A stretch of 64,000 nt of DNA from Deltaproteobacteria bacterium (GTDB lineage Bacteria; Myxococcota; Kuafuiibacteriia; Kuafuiibacteriales; Kuafuiibacteriaceae), in contig JAVJQW010000023.1 of NCBI GenBank assembly GCA_040218735.1, positions 717,043-781,042 of the forward strand, written 5' to 3'. Below the pieces are notes generated by a model. It saw nothing but the letters and a program-made list of their open reading frames with translations. It searched no databases and was not told the origin of the DNA. The translations under genes and the position numbers were made by a program. This document shows, piece after piece, positions 1 to 9,576 of the stretch; position 1 is the stretch's first letter, and every line of letters begins with the position of its first letter.

Positions 1-705
1 CCCCGCCGTGCCCTGCCCCGCCGGCAACGTCCCCATCAGCGGCGCGCCGCTCAGGAACGCCGACGCGAGCTCGTTGATCACGTCCGTCGCTGCGACCATC
101 TGCCCCGAGCGAATGCGGAAACTCGCCTGCTCCGCGTCGAAGCCCTCCGCCGTGACGAACGCGCGCGTGCGCTGCGCTTCGATCTGACCGAGCGACGCGA
201 TCGAAGACCGACGCTCGTAGTCACGCTGCGCCGAAGGCGTCGCGACACCAGCGGCCGGCCGCTTCCCGATCAACACCGCGGCCACGCCGCGATCCGGATC
301 CAGGAACACCGCACCCGGCGCGCGGTTGTCGCTCGTCCGAAGCATCGAACGCTCCCGAACCTGCGCGTCCGCGAGCAACATCGCGTCGGCACCCGGGATG
401 TCGTAGACGAAGAACGGACGGTCGTTGCTCGGGTCACACGCGAGCGTCGACACCTCGTCGCTGTCGAGGATGCCGTCGCCGTCCGTGTCCTCCTTCGTCG
501 GATCCGTCTCGCCGGGATTCACCATCCCGTCCTGGTTCCGGTCCTCCGTCTGATCCGGAAAGCCGTCCTGGTCCGTGTCGACCTGGTCCGGCGGCAACCC
601 CGCGTTCGGGTCGCTCTTGCAGCTCGGCGCCGCCGCCGCGAAGGCGAGCATCGCCGTTACGACGATCGTCCGACTGAACGCTTGTTCGATCCCCTTACCC
701 GTCAT
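1..705 (-). CDS. 5' part of a lipoprotein with thrombospondin type-3-like Ca-binding repeats (CglD/MtsD-like); runs off the window edge
   Basis: Hand translation from ATG at 705 (alternative 717): MTGKGIEQAFSRTIVVTAMLAFAAAAPSCKSD..DTDQDGFPDQTEDRNQDGMVNPGETDPTKEDTDGDGILDSDE. Signal peptide with a Cys, DxDxDG repeats, frame open to base 1. Not in the ORF track because it is truncated. Confidence 0.7.
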   Translation of the reverse strand, partial: MTGKGIEQAFSRTIVVTAMLAFAAAAPSCKSDPNAGLPPDQVDTDQDGFPDQTEDRNQDGMVNPGETDPTKEDTDGDGILDSDEVSTLACDPSNDRPFFVYDIPGADAMLLADAQVRERSMLRTSDNRAPGAVFLDPDRGVAAVLIGKRPAAGVATPSAQRDYERRSSIASLGQIEAQRTRAFVTAEGFDAEQASFRIRSGQMVAATDVINELASAFLSGAPLMGTLPAGQGTAG

Positions 706-857
706 GGCGGGGAACATTCGTCGCAATCTCGGGACCCTACGGCGCCGTTGGTGCTTTTGGCCCCCGGTGAGGAGCCCCCTCCTCACTTCGGGTCCAATAC
801 ACCCCTCACGTGAGACGTGCGGCCCTCGACTCGACGGTCGAGGCAGCGAGGACCCGA

Positions 858-1277
858 TCAGCTCTTTTGAGGTGGCGCCGGCGGCTTCGACGGCGCGCCG
901 TTCGACTTGCTCATCGTGCAGCTGCCGTCGAACGTGACGCCCTTTTCGATCTCGAGCGCCGGCGTGGTGACGTTCCCGCGGAGACGACCCGGCGCCTTGA
1001 TCTGCACCGACTCCTTCGCCGTGATGTCCCCCTCGACGCTCCCGTTGATGACGACGCTGCCCACGTTGAGCGTCGCCTTCACCTCGGCCCCGGGGCCGAT
1101 CAGCAGTAGGTCGTTCGTTTGGATCTCACCTTCGAACTTCCCGTCGATGCGCACCGCGCCCTCGAAGGTCAGCTTCCCGGAGAAGCGCGCCTCGCGCCCC
1201 AGGATCGTGTGAGCATCCGCTGGATTGATTCGCGCCGACGACACCGAGTCCTCCCGTTTCCCGCCCATGATCGCCAT
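858..1277 (-). CDS. Bactofilin (polymer-forming cytoskeletal protein, BacM-like)
   Basis: TILGREARFSGKLTFEGAVRIDGKFEGEI...VVINGSVEGDI...GRLRGNVTTPALEIEKGVTFDGSC is the bactofilin beta-helix pattern. Lies directly downstream of parB, as bacM does in Myxococcus. Confidence 0.92.
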   Translation of the reverse strand: MAIMGGKREDSVSSARINPADAHTILGREARFSGKLTFEGAVRIDGKFEGEIQTNDLLLIGPGAEVKATLNVGSVVINGSVEGDITAKESVQIKAPGRLRGNVTTPALEIEKGVTFDGSCTMSKSNGAPSKPPAPPQKS

Positions 1278-1300
1278 CGATCGTTACCTCTTCTTCTTCG

Positions 1301-2221
1301 CTACCCCTTGAGGTGCGTGATCAATCGTTCGAGCTCTTCCACCGAAGTGAAGTCGATCTCGATCTTGCCCCGCCGCCCCTGCGGCAGGATTCGAACTTTG
1401 GTCCCGAGCGAGCGACGGAGATCTTCCATCACCCGCTTCACCGCCGGCTCGCCGCCGGGCATGTGCGCGTAGCTGTCCGTGCCCGGACCCTTGTCGCCGC
1501 CGTCCTCCGCGGCCTCCTTGCGCGCTGCGCGCACCAGGCGCTCGACCTCGCGGACCGAGAGGCCCTTCTTCACGACGTCGCGCCCCATCTTCACCATCGC
1601 TTCGGGCGAATCGAGCGACAGCAAGCTCCGCGCGTGGCCCATCGACAGCGCGCCCGCGATGACCTGGCGGCGCACCTCGTCCGGGAGGCGGAGGAGGCGT
1701 AGCGCGTTGGCGATCGTCGAACGATCCTTGCTCACGCGCACCGCGAGCTTCTCCTGCGTCATGCCCGACGCGTCGAGCAGACGCTTGTACGCCTCGGCCT
1801 CTTCGATCGGGTTGAGATCCTCGCGCTGGATGTTCTCGATCAGCGCCCACTCGAAGACCTCGGCGTCCGCGAGGTCCTTCACGATCACGTCGATCGTCTT
1901 GAGCCCGGCGCGCTGACACGCACGCCAACGACGCTCACCCGCGATGATCTCGAACGCCGCGCCGCGCTTGCGCACGAGCACGGGCTGCATCAGTCCGTGT
2001 TCGCGGATCGACTCCGCGAGCTCCTCGAGTGCGGTGTCGTCGAACGTCTTGCGCGGCTGATTGCGGTTCGGCCGCACGTCCTCGATCGGCACGTTGGCCA
2101 CACCGCGCTTCTCAGCCGCCGGCGCTGCCGACTCGACGGTGGTGGTCGCCGCTTTCTTCTGAGGGATCAGAGCGCCGAGCCCTTTGCCGAGGGCCTGTCG
2201 CTTTTGCGCCGGAGGAGACAT
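1301..2221 (-). CDS. parB: ParB/Spo0J chromosome partitioning protein
   Basis: LGKGLGALI N-terminal ParA-binding peptide, PNRNQPRKTF, IIAGERRWRA CTPase motif, ENIQREDLNPIEEA, HTH region RSTIANALRLL. Confidence 0.97.
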   Translation of the reverse strand: MSPPAQKRQALGKGLGALIPQKKAATTTVESAAPAAEKRGVANVPIEDVRPNRNQPRKTFDDTALEELAESIREHGLMQPVLVRKRGAAFEIIAGERRWRACQRAGLKTIDVIVKDLADAEVFEWALIENIQREDLNPIEEAEAYKRLLDASGMTQEKLAVRVSKDRSTIANALRLLRLPDEVRRQVIAGALSMGHARSLLSLDSPEAMVKMGRDVVKKGLSVREVERLVRAARKEAAEDGGDKGPGTDSYAHMPGGEPAVKRVMEDLRRSLGTKVRILPQGRRGKIEIDFTSVEELERLITHLKG

Positions 2222-2295
2222 GAGGGGCGAACGAACCTAACCAATCCCTCGCCACTCGGGAAGGGCATACTCGATTACGAAACGGATGCGCGGAT

Positions 2296-2967
2296 TCAAG
2301 ACTCGGATGCGAGTCGCTTGCGGCAGTTGGCGCAGAAGGACGAGCCCTTCTTGTCGGTGTCCTGAATCGTCGCGGAGTAGAACATCACGCAACGGTTGTT
2401 CGGGCACTGCGCGAGGCCACGGATCAAACCGATCTGGTGGATCGCCTCGGCGATCAACCGCTTGACGAGCAGCTCACGTCGCGCTTCGGCGGTGCCGGAC
2501 TCCGGCTTGAGGCGCGTGAGGCTGATGATCGCGGAGCGGGTGCTGCGATCTGCCTCACCGAAGATGAACGGGACCTCCGGTACGAAGAGGTCGACGTCGA
2601 CGAGCCCGATTGCGGCGTCCCACGCCGAATCACGGAGCGTCTCGACGCGCTTGAGAATCGCCGCGGAGTGATACTGCGCGCGGGTGGGGTTGTACGCATA
2701 CTTCGGCACCGGCAGCGGCTTGTGTATCGCCGTGGAACGCCGAAACGTCTCCTCGACGATCGGCCGAATCGCCTCGAACAGCGACTCGTCGACCTTGCCG
2801 ACCGGGATCATCACGACGGGTGCGTCGGCGCCGGGTTTGATCTCGTCCTCGTCCTGCGGCTCGGGTGGGAGCGGCTCCGCGGGGAGATCTCCCGAGAGGT
2901 CTTCGGGGGCATCCACACCAGGGAACTGCCGCCTGCGGGAGCGTTTTTGCGCGGAGGACTGCTTCAT
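2296..2967 (-). CDS. Archaemetzincin-like protein with degenerate catalytic Zn motif
   Basis: Real start probably MKQSS at 2967; the longer ORF is a shadow. AYNPTRAQY, VDLFVPEVPFIFGEA, CPNNRCVM and FCANC match the archaemetzincin fold. HExxHxxGxxH is replaced by HQIGLIRGLAQ. Confidence 0.85.
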   Translation of the reverse strand: MKQSSAQKRSRRRQFPGVDAPEDLSGDLPAEPLPPEPQDEDEIKPGADAPVVMIPVGKVDESLFEAIRPIVEETFRRSTAIHKPLPVPKYAYNPTRAQYHSAAILKRVETLRDSAWDAAIGLVDVDLFVPEVPFIFGEADRSTRSAIISLTRLKPESGTAEARRELLVKRLIAEAIHQIGLIRGLAQCPNNRCVMFYSATIQDTDKKGSSFCANCRKRLASES

Positions 2968-3051
2968 GCGCGCGCAGGATGCTGGCAGCCGGTCGCCCCT
3001 CTGGCAACAACAAATGACTCGGGCTAACCTCGATGGGACCACCTTCGCGCG

Positions 3052-4110
3052 ATGCTCCCGGGCTTCAATCACAACATTCGGTACAAGGACCGCGTCTTCC
3101 ACGTCCAAACCGAGGACAACGGGCTGAAGCAGCCTCGCCTCATCACGCAGGTCTTCGTGGACGGGCACATCCTGGCCATCGAGAAGTCGGAGTACGCCGA
3201 CATCCTCGCGCGTTGCGGCGACGACGAGGAGAACCGGGACCAGCAGATCCGCGTGAAGATGCAGGATCAGCACAAACAGCTCCTGAAGAACCTCGTCGCG
3301 GGCGCGTACGACGACAAGATCGAGATCTACCTGGGCGGCGAGCCCACGATCATCCCGCACCACCCGGACGTCCCGACCCGCGCGATCCAGGAGGCCGAGG
3401 CCCTCCCGAGCGCCCCGATGCACCCGGAGGGGCTCACGCAGGAGCTCGAGGCCATCATCATCGAGGCCCCCGAAGAGATCTCGCCGGAGAGCCTCCTCGA
3501 CCCCGACTTCCTCGAAGAGATCGGCGCGGCCGTCGAGGCCGAGACCCGGCGCGACGCCCCCGAGCGCCCGCCCACCCCGATCAGCAGCCTCTCGGGGAGC
3601 CCGCTCGCGGACCCCGATCAGACCGGCGACTTCCTGGACGTCCTCGACCAGGAGATGAAGAAGCAGCTCCCGTTCGAGCCGCGGAAGCGCCCGCCCGACG
3701 ACGAAGCCCCGACGACGCGACCGCAACGCGTCGTGGGCCGTCCGCTCCACCCGCCGCGCCGGCGCAACGAACCGACGAGTGCCGACACCGTCGTGGACTT
3801 CGGCCTGCCCGCCGCCCTGCGCGACACCCTCGAACGTCCCGGCCCCAAACCGAGCCCGCGCAGCGACAACGAGACCCTCCTCGACATGGAGCTGCGCAAC
3901 GTCGCCGCGAAGCTGCGGCCGGTGCAGATGCGCATCGACGACGACACCGCCCTCGAGACGGACGCCGCCGAGCTGCAACGCGACGTCGCCGCACAACGCA
4001 ACCGCCTCCGCGCGCCCGAGGACACGCCGACCGAAGAGGAGGTCGTCGTCAGCGAGCGCTCGCTCGACGAAGTGATCCTCAGCTACCTGTCCGACGATCC
4101 GGAGCAGTGA
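3052..4110 (+). CDS. Conserved myxobacterial-type hypothetical protein
   Basis: Globular N-terminus GFNHNIRYKDRVFHVQTED, long acidic/Pro-rich linker, C-terminal SLDEVILSYL motif; coding-like composition. Confidence 0.8.
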   Translation: MLPGFNHNIRYKDRVFHVQTEDNGLKQPRLITQVFVDGHILAIEKSEYADILARCGDDEENRDQQIRVKMQDQHKQLLKNLVAGAYDDKIEIYLGGEPTIIPHHPDVPTRAIQEAEALPSAPMHPEGLTQELEAIIIEAPEEISPESLLDPDFLEEIGAAVEAETRRDAPERPPTPISSLSGSPLADPDQTGDFLDVLDQEMKKQLPFEPRKRPPDDEAPTTRPQRVVGRPLHPPRRRNEPTSADTVVDFGLPAALRDTLERPGPKPSPRSDNETLLDMELRNVAAKLRPVQMRIDDDTALETDAAELQRDVAAQRNRLRAPEDTPTEEEVVVSERSLDEVILSYLSDDPEQ

Positions 4111-5242
4111 GCCGCGCTTCGAGGTGATCGTGCCAGGCGCCGAGCGCGCCTTCGAAGGTCGCGAAGCGGAGGTGCGTGTTCGCGGGTGTGGCGAGGCCGC
4201 GTTGGATTTGTTCGGCGAGGCGGAAGTCTTCTTCGAGCGTCTTCAGCGTGAAGGTGTGGTTCGCTTCGAGGAACGCGCGAACCTTCTCGCCGGCGGCGCC
4301 TTCCGGCACCGGGCGACCGACCGTCGCGATGTCGATCTGCGTGGCGTCGATATCGACCGGAGTCATCGAGATGAGCGCGTAGTGGCCGCCCTGCACGAGC
4401 GCCGTCGCGTTGGGGTTGATCGTGTAGAGGATGTTCGCGTGCTCGGCGAGGCGCCACTCGGACTCGGGGCGCTCGGCGAGGTCCGCGAGTGTCGACTTGG
4501 GGAGGACGGAGCGGAGGTGCCCGTCGTAGACCTCGTAGGTCGAGCGGGTGTCGGTGAACAGCGAGGCGATCGTCTCGCGGTGTGCGATCTTGAAGTGGTA
4601 GGACTCGATGCCGCCCTCGACGAAGAGCTTCCAGTTCGCGCGCCACACGCGACGCTCACGACGGTAGACCGCGTAGCCGTCGTCGAAGCCGGCGAGCTCG
4701 TCGATGAGCCGCTCGGCGCCTTCGTCGAAGCGCGGCGTCGCGTCGGGGTCGGGGCAGACCCAGACGAACGGCCCGCGCTCGACACACGGGAGCTCCTTCA
4801 ACGACGTGGCGTCGACGTCGAGCGACGGGAACCCGTCGCGGTGGCGCACGTGATCGAGGACGCCGTCGGTGCGGTAGGTCCACGCGTGGTACGGGCAGAC
4901 GAAGCGCTTGCACTGTCCGTGCTCGCGGAGCTCGACCGTCGCGCCGCGGTGCCGGCACACGTTGAGGAACGCGCGCGCGCGGCCGGCGTCGTCGCGGACG
5001 AGGATCACCGGAGCGCCAACCACGTCCATCGTGCGGAACGCGCCGGGTGTGGCGAGCTCGCTGCGGTGCGCGACGAGGTTGTACGCGCCGCGGTGGATGC
5101 GTTCGACCTCGACGTCGTAGCGCGCGCGGTCGAGGTAGAGCTCGACGGGAACTTCGCGCTCGGCGCCGTCCGCCGGCGGACGTGCGGCGCCGACCGTCGC
5201 GAGGGATTCGCGGATCAGACGTAGCTCGGTATCCCTGTTCAT
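4079..5242 (-). CDS. Rieske non-heme iron oxygenase alpha subunit (ring-hydroxylating/choline monooxygenase-like)
   Basis: Rieske ligands NVCRHRG...CPYHAW; catalytic NWKLFVEGGIESYHFKIAH and a late EED. Confidence 0.93.
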   Translation of the reverse strand: MNRDTELRLIRESLATVGAARPPADGAEREVPVELYLDRARYDVEVERIHRGAYNLVAHRSELATPGAFRTMDVVGAPVILVRDDAGRARAFLNVCRHRGATVELREHGQCKRFVCPYHAWTYRTDGVLDHVRHRDGFPSLDVDATSLKELPCVERGPFVWVCPDPDATPRFDEGAERLIDELAGFDDGYAVYRRERRVWRANWKLFVEGGIESYHFKIAHRETIASLFTDTRSTYEVYDGHLRSVLPKSTLADLAERPESEWRLAEHANILYTINPNATALVQGGHYALISMTPVDIDATQIDIATVGRPVPEGAAGEKVRAFLEANHTFTLKTLEEDFRLAEQIQRGLATPANTHLRFATFEGALGAWHDHLEARLTAPDRRTGS

Positions 5243-5284
5243 CGCGACCGCCCGGTCGCGGATTCGCTTTCGGTGCCCCGGATG

Positions 5285-6097
5285 TCAAGGCGACCGCGGC
5301 AGGAGCCTCCGTGACACCGGCTTCATGTCCTGCATCAGCGCCTCGCGGTGTTTGGCGAGCAGCGCCTCTGCTTTCAGACGCTGCGCGGCGCCGAGGCGGA
5401 TTTTCGGCGCACCGAGCTCACCGACGATCTGCGCCTGGCGCGCGACCACCGTCGGGCCAGTGACGAACAGCGGCGCGCGCGTCGAGTTCTCGATGAACAG
5501 CAGGTTCGCGCCGATCAACTGCAACATCGTGGAGCCTTCGAAGCGCTGCCACGTGATGCCGTCCATGGTGACCGTCTCTCCGCTCGGGAGGAGCTGGAGC
5601 ACCGCGTCGAGCTGTGACTGCGCGAGCCCGAGGATCAGCGCCGTCCCGTCGACGCGATCGCCGTCGCGGACACCCATCCACACCGACGCCGTCGTCATCC
5701 CCGGCTCGGCCTGGACGAAGACAAACGCGCTGTCGTTCGCCGCGAGCTCGAGCGCCGGCTGCCGCGTCGGCGTGTGCGCGAAGTGCCGCGTCGCGGAGCT
5801 CCCCACCTGCGTGAAGGGCCCGACCGTCGACAGCGACGTGAGGTTCGGGTTCATCACGAGGTTGTCGGGCGGCGAGTCGCCCAGCAACGAGAACTCCACG
5901 AGCGTGCGCGCGGGGCCGGCGTCGACCGGCGCGCCCGCGTCGCGTTCGCCGCCGTCGCGCGCCTCGCCACCGTCACGCGGCGGCGTACCCGCGTCGTGGG
6001 CGACGCCCGCGTCACGGTCGCCGTCGAGGCCTTGAGTGTCGGCGCTGCTGCACGCGACCGCAGCCATCATGATCAGCACAATCGATAGGCGTCGCAT
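5285..6097 (-). CDS. Hypothetical lipoprotein
   Basis: MRRLSIVLIMMAAVAC lipobox, DAG/DGG low-complexity linker typical of myxobacterial lipoproteins; start adjoins the stop of the upstream gene. Confidence 0.75.
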   Translation of the reverse strand: MRRLSIVLIMMAAVACSSADTQGLDGDRDAGVAHDAGTPPRDGGEARDGGERDAGAPVDAGPARTLVEFSLLGDSPPDNLVMNPNLTSLSTVGPFTQVGSSATRHFAHTPTRQPALELAANDSAFVFVQAEPGMTTASVWMGVRDGDRVDGTALILGLAQSQLDAVLQLLPSGETVTMDGITWQRFEGSTMLQLIGANLLFIENSTRAPLFVTGPTVVARQAQIVGELGAPKIRLGAAQRLKAEALLAKHREALMQDMKPVSRRLLPRSP

Positions 6098-8295
6098 CAG
6101 TCGGCCCCTTCCAGGATCCACGCGCGGGCGCGGGCGAGGAGCGTGTCCACACCGGCGAGCGCATCACTCTGCTTCTGACGAACGACCTCGTCCGGCTCCA
6201 CACCGAAGCCAGTCTCGAACGTCGTGCTCGTGTCGGTCAGGTCGGCGAGGAACACGGTGTCGTGCACCTGGAACGAGCCGCCGAACAGCTCCCCCGCGAC
6301 GCGCGGCATCCGCGACAGCGGTCCGAACGCACCGTACGTCGGGACTGCACCGAAGATGCGCGTCTGTCCACCGGCGCGGCGCTTCAGTGCGTAGGGGAGG
6401 AAGTCGTTTCCGGAGACGTCGAGCCCGTTGACGATCGCGACGCGCGCCTCCGGGCGCGGCGTAGGCGCCACGCCGCCGAGCGTCATCGGAAGCACGAACG
6501 CGTTGCCGCACGACTGCCCGCCGAGGTTCTGGCAGTTCATGATCTGCTGCCGCGTCGCGTCGTCCAGCTCCGGTGCGAGGCGCGGGAGCACCATCGCGAT
6601 CGGGTCTTCGTTCGCGCGCAGGAACGGCGCGAGCAGCGCGGCGACGCCCTCGAACGTTCCGCCTCCGCCGAAGCGCTCGTCGAGGATCACACCCTCGGGC
6701 ACGCCGGTCAGCGCGTCGCGGACGCGGTTCATCCAGCGGTTGTCGCCGGAGACGCCGTTGATGACGATCGTACGAATCGCCTCCTCGGGATCGTCGACGT
6801 GGCCGACGAAGTCGTCGTCGCGCGGCGGGCGCGGCACCGCCTCGGTGAAGCGGTAGTCGCAGTTCATCTGCTGGAACCACCACGCAGGGCGCGCCCCCGT
6901 GAACAGGTCCGCGACGAGCGCCGCGCCGTCGATCTCGATCGTCTGGAGCTCCTCCGTCGTGCACGGCGTCGGCTGGGCGCACCGCGCGAAGGTGAGCGTC
7001 GAGCCGCCGCGGATCGCAGCCGGGAGCAGGTCCGGCGCGATGATGAACGAACGTCCGCGCTGATCACCGCCGTAGCGCAACAGGCGCTCGGCGCGCTCCG
7101 CCCAATCGTCGACCGCGATGCCGTCGATCGCGACGAGCACGTCACCCACCGCCAGCATCTCGGAGACGGGGTGTCCCGGGAGCAGCCGCGACACCATCGG
7201 CGCGACCGGCGCGGCGGGCAGCAGATCGGCGTCGCTCTCGTACAGACACGCCGAAGCGCCGAGCCCCTGAAGGAAGCTGAGGAACGGCGTGCTGAGGTGA
7301 CCGTCCGCGAGCTCGTCGTGCGCGCGTCGGAACGTCGCCCACAGCTCGGGGAGCGGGCGGTCCTTGGCGGCGTTCATCCGCGCCTCGAACGTGTCGATCT
7401 GCGCGCCGATGTACCGGCTCCCCGCGAACCGACGGAGCCGCTGCACCTGGTAGTCGAGGTACTCAGCGCGGATGCGCGCGTCGGAGGGCAGCGTCCCCTC
7501 GGCGATCGCGGCGTCCGCGCAGAAGCCGAAGAGGCAGACGCCCTCCGCGCCACACGTCGCGGCTTCGCCGGCCAGGTTACACGCGACGTCCGGCGCCGTT
7601 CGCGCTCCGACGTCGACGATCTCGAGCGCATCGATGCGGACCGACGCGCCGGGCGTGGGCGGGATGCCGAAGAACGCGTTGCCGAAGGTTCGGTCGTCGA
7701 CGATCCGAAGCATCCGCGCGCGCACCGCGCCGTGCGCCGAGAAGTCGAAGGGCCCGGTGGACATCTCGACCCACCCGTCGTCCGTCGCGCGCCCCGTCGG
7801 CCAGAAGCGCACGGAGCCCACGGCGGCGAACGGCGCCTGCGGGTTGTCGAGGACCGCGCGCCCGCCGACTTCGATGAAGTAGATCTCGGCGACCGGCACG
7901 GTGCCCTCGGGGAGGTACCAGAAGCGAGCCTCGATGCGGCGGTCCCCCAACGTCGGCGCGAGGCCGTCGAGGAGGATGTCGATTCCGCCGACGTCGTCGT
8001 CGAGCAGCAGCGCGGCGTCACCTTCGATCGAATCGGCGGCGGAACCGACGAACGTCGGCGCGCGACCGAAAGCTTCGTTCAGGTTGTGGCCGAGGAGCTT
8101 GAAGTCGGGGAGCGCGTCGAGCGCGTCCGCGTCGTCGAGGCCGCTGACGAGCGCGCCTTCGAGCTCGACGCGTCCCGAGCCTGGTTGGAATCCGGCGAGC
8201 GCGGGTGATGCGAGCCACGTGAGGCTCGACACCGTTGCCACCAAGAGCGTGCGTTTGGCGATCACGTTACGTACGCAACGCAACTCGTGTGCCAC
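6097..8295 (-). CDS. Secreted PDZ + S41-family (tail-specific protease-like) protein
   Basis: Signal peptide (SPALA), Cys-rich segment, DGHL, PDZ-like LAVGDVLVAIDG, ILDERFGGGG, NGLDVSGND (putative catalytic Ser), TYGAFG, GFGVEPD. Confidence 0.75.
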   Translation of the reverse strand: MAHELRCVRNVIAKRTLLVATVSSLTWLASPALAGFQPGSGRVELEGALVSGLDDADALDALPDFKLLGHNLNEAFGRAPTFVGSAADSIEGDAALLLDDDVGGIDILLDGLAPTLGDRRIEARFWYLPEGTVPVAEIYFIEVGGRAVLDNPQAPFAAVGSVRFWPTGRATDDGWVEMSTGPFDFSAHGAVRARMLRIVDDRTFGNAFFGIPPTPGASVRIDALEIVDVGARTAPDVACNLAGEAATCGAEGVCLFGFCADAAIAEGTLPSDARIRAEYLDYQVQRLRRFAGSRYIGAQIDTFEARMNAAKDRPLPELWATFRRAHDELADGHLSTPFLSFLQGLGASACLYESDADLLPAAPVAPMVSRLLPGHPVSEMLAVGDVLVAIDGIAVDDWAERAERLLRYGGDQRGRSFIIAPDLLPAAIRGGSTLTFARCAQPTPCTTEELQTIEIDGAALVADLFTGARPAWWFQQMNCDYRFTEAVPRPPRDDDFVGHVDDPEEAIRTIVINGVSGDNRWMNRVRDALTGVPEGVILDERFGGGGTFEGVAALLAPFLRANEDPIAMVLPRLAPELDDATRQQIMNCQNLGGQSCGNAFVLPMTLGGVAPTPRPEARVAIVNGLDVSGNDFLPYALKRRAGGQTRIFGAVPTYGAFGPLSRMPRVAGELFGGSFQVHDTVFLADLTDTSTTFETGFGVEPDEVVRQKQSDALAGVDTLLARARAWILEGAD

Positions 8296-8376
8296 GGAGG
8301 ACGTTCGTTTTCGAACACCGACGATCGACGGGTCCGTTCGTTTGCCGAGCCGAAGCCGAGCGACGCGCAGTAGCGC

Positions 8377-9555
8377 TCAGTCAGCGGTCGTCGCGGTCTG
8401 GGTCGGGAACCCTTCGACGACCTCGCCGAGCTTCGCGTAAAGATACCGCGCGACCTGGTCGTGGCCCTTCACGTCGTAGTGACCGTCGGCGAGGTAGTAC
8501 TCGGCGAGATTGCCGTCGTAGAGATCGTGGAAGAGCGGCGTCGTGTCCACGAACGGGAGCCCCGCGCGCTCCGCCGTTTGCTCGAAGCGAACGGCGTCGG
8601 CGGGGCGGTCCTTGCGCTCGCAGAAGCCGGTGCCGCTGGAGGTGCACGACGCCTCGACGTCGCCGCTCCCGGCGAGATAGACGAGCACGCCGCGGCGGTG
8701 CTTGGCGTCGAGCTTCTTCGCCACGTCCGCGAAGAGCAGATCGGCGACGGCGAACGGGTCGTAGTGTTTGCGAACGAACACGGTGTCGAGCGCGTCGCGC
8801 ACGAGCTGGTAGCTGCGGAGGCTCCGCGGGAACGCGACGAGCTTGGTGAAGAACAACCCGTCGTGCCGGTGATACTGCCCGTAGTCGGGGACGGGGACGT
8901 TCGTCAGCTTCAACGCGCCGTCGACGATGCGGAAGCGTGGCTTCGGATTGATGACGTTGCGGGCGTCCGGGATCATGCGTTGGAAGTCGGAGTCGATGAA
9001 CGCGAAGATCGCGAGGTCGTGTTCGAGCGGCTCGCCGTCGCGCCCGTACCAGAGCACCGACTGATCGACGCCCGCGGCGCCGACGCCCATGTTCACGGCC
9101 TCGATGCGGGGATCGATCTTCTCGAGCAGCGGACACCACCCCTCTTCGTCGCCGACGCCCGCGCCGAACGTGAACGAGTCACCGACGCAGATGATCCGGT
9201 AGCGGTCGGGAGCCTTCTCCACCGCGACGTCGCGCAATCCGCGGAAGCCTTGTGCATTGATGTGGAGGTGTTGGTTCGGACCGTAGAACTGCTCGCCGAC
9301 GTAGCCGGGCGTATACGTCCAACCTACGAGCGGATCGACGCGCACGCGGTTGTCGGTGTCGACGCTGAGGAAGCTCCACCCGCGGCGGCGGATGAAGATC
9401 GCGTGCGCCACGATCTCCAACCCGATGACGACGAAGAGCGCGACGAACACAAACGACGCGAGCTTCACCTTCCAGGACGGGGTCGTCTTGCCGTCCTCCA
9501 CGCACGCGATCGATACCACCGCGGGCGCCACGCGACGACCCTCGATTGACTGCAT
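8377..9555 (-). CDS. Membrane-anchored SGNH/GDSL hydrolase-family protein
   Basis: N-terminal TM, HINAQGFR, CVGDSFTFG, NMGVGA, C-terminal DGHYDVKGH; start uncertain. Confidence 0.85.
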   Translation of the reverse strand: MQSIEGRRVAPAVVSIACVEDGKTTPSWKVKLASFVFVALFVVIGLEIVAHAIFIRRRGWSFLSVDTDNRVRVDPLVGWTYTPGYVGEQFYGPNQHLHINAQGFRGLRDVAVEKAPDRYRIICVGDSFTFGAGVGDEEGWCPLLEKIDPRIEAVNMGVGAAGVDQSVLWYGRDGEPLEHDLAIFAFIDSDFQRMIPDARNVINPKPRFRIVDGALKLTNVPVPDYGQYHRHDGLFFTKLVAFPRSLRSYQLVRDALDTVFVRKHYDPFAVADLLFADVAKKLDAKHRRGVLVYLAGSGDVEASCTSSGTGFCERKDRPADAVRFEQTAERAGLPFVDTTPLFHDLYDGNLAEYYLADGHYDVKGHDQVARYLYAKLGEVVEGFPTQTATTAD

Positions 9556-9576
9556 GGCCGCCGCCCCCTAGGTGTC

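Noticed and set aside
802-817. parS site downstream of parB-bactofilin
   Set aside because: Only the central CTCACGTGAG palindrome is present; the outer TGTT/AACA arms of the parS consensus are missing
2968-3996. N-terminal extension of the 566-aa ORF 2296..3996
   Set aside because: Antisense to the better-supported 3052..4110 gene; homology-like sequence starts only after Met 2967
4079-5242. Aromatic degradation or biosynthetic cluster around the Rieske oxygenase
   Set aside because: No beta subunit, ferredoxin, reductase or pathway genes are adjacent; orphan alpha subunits are common
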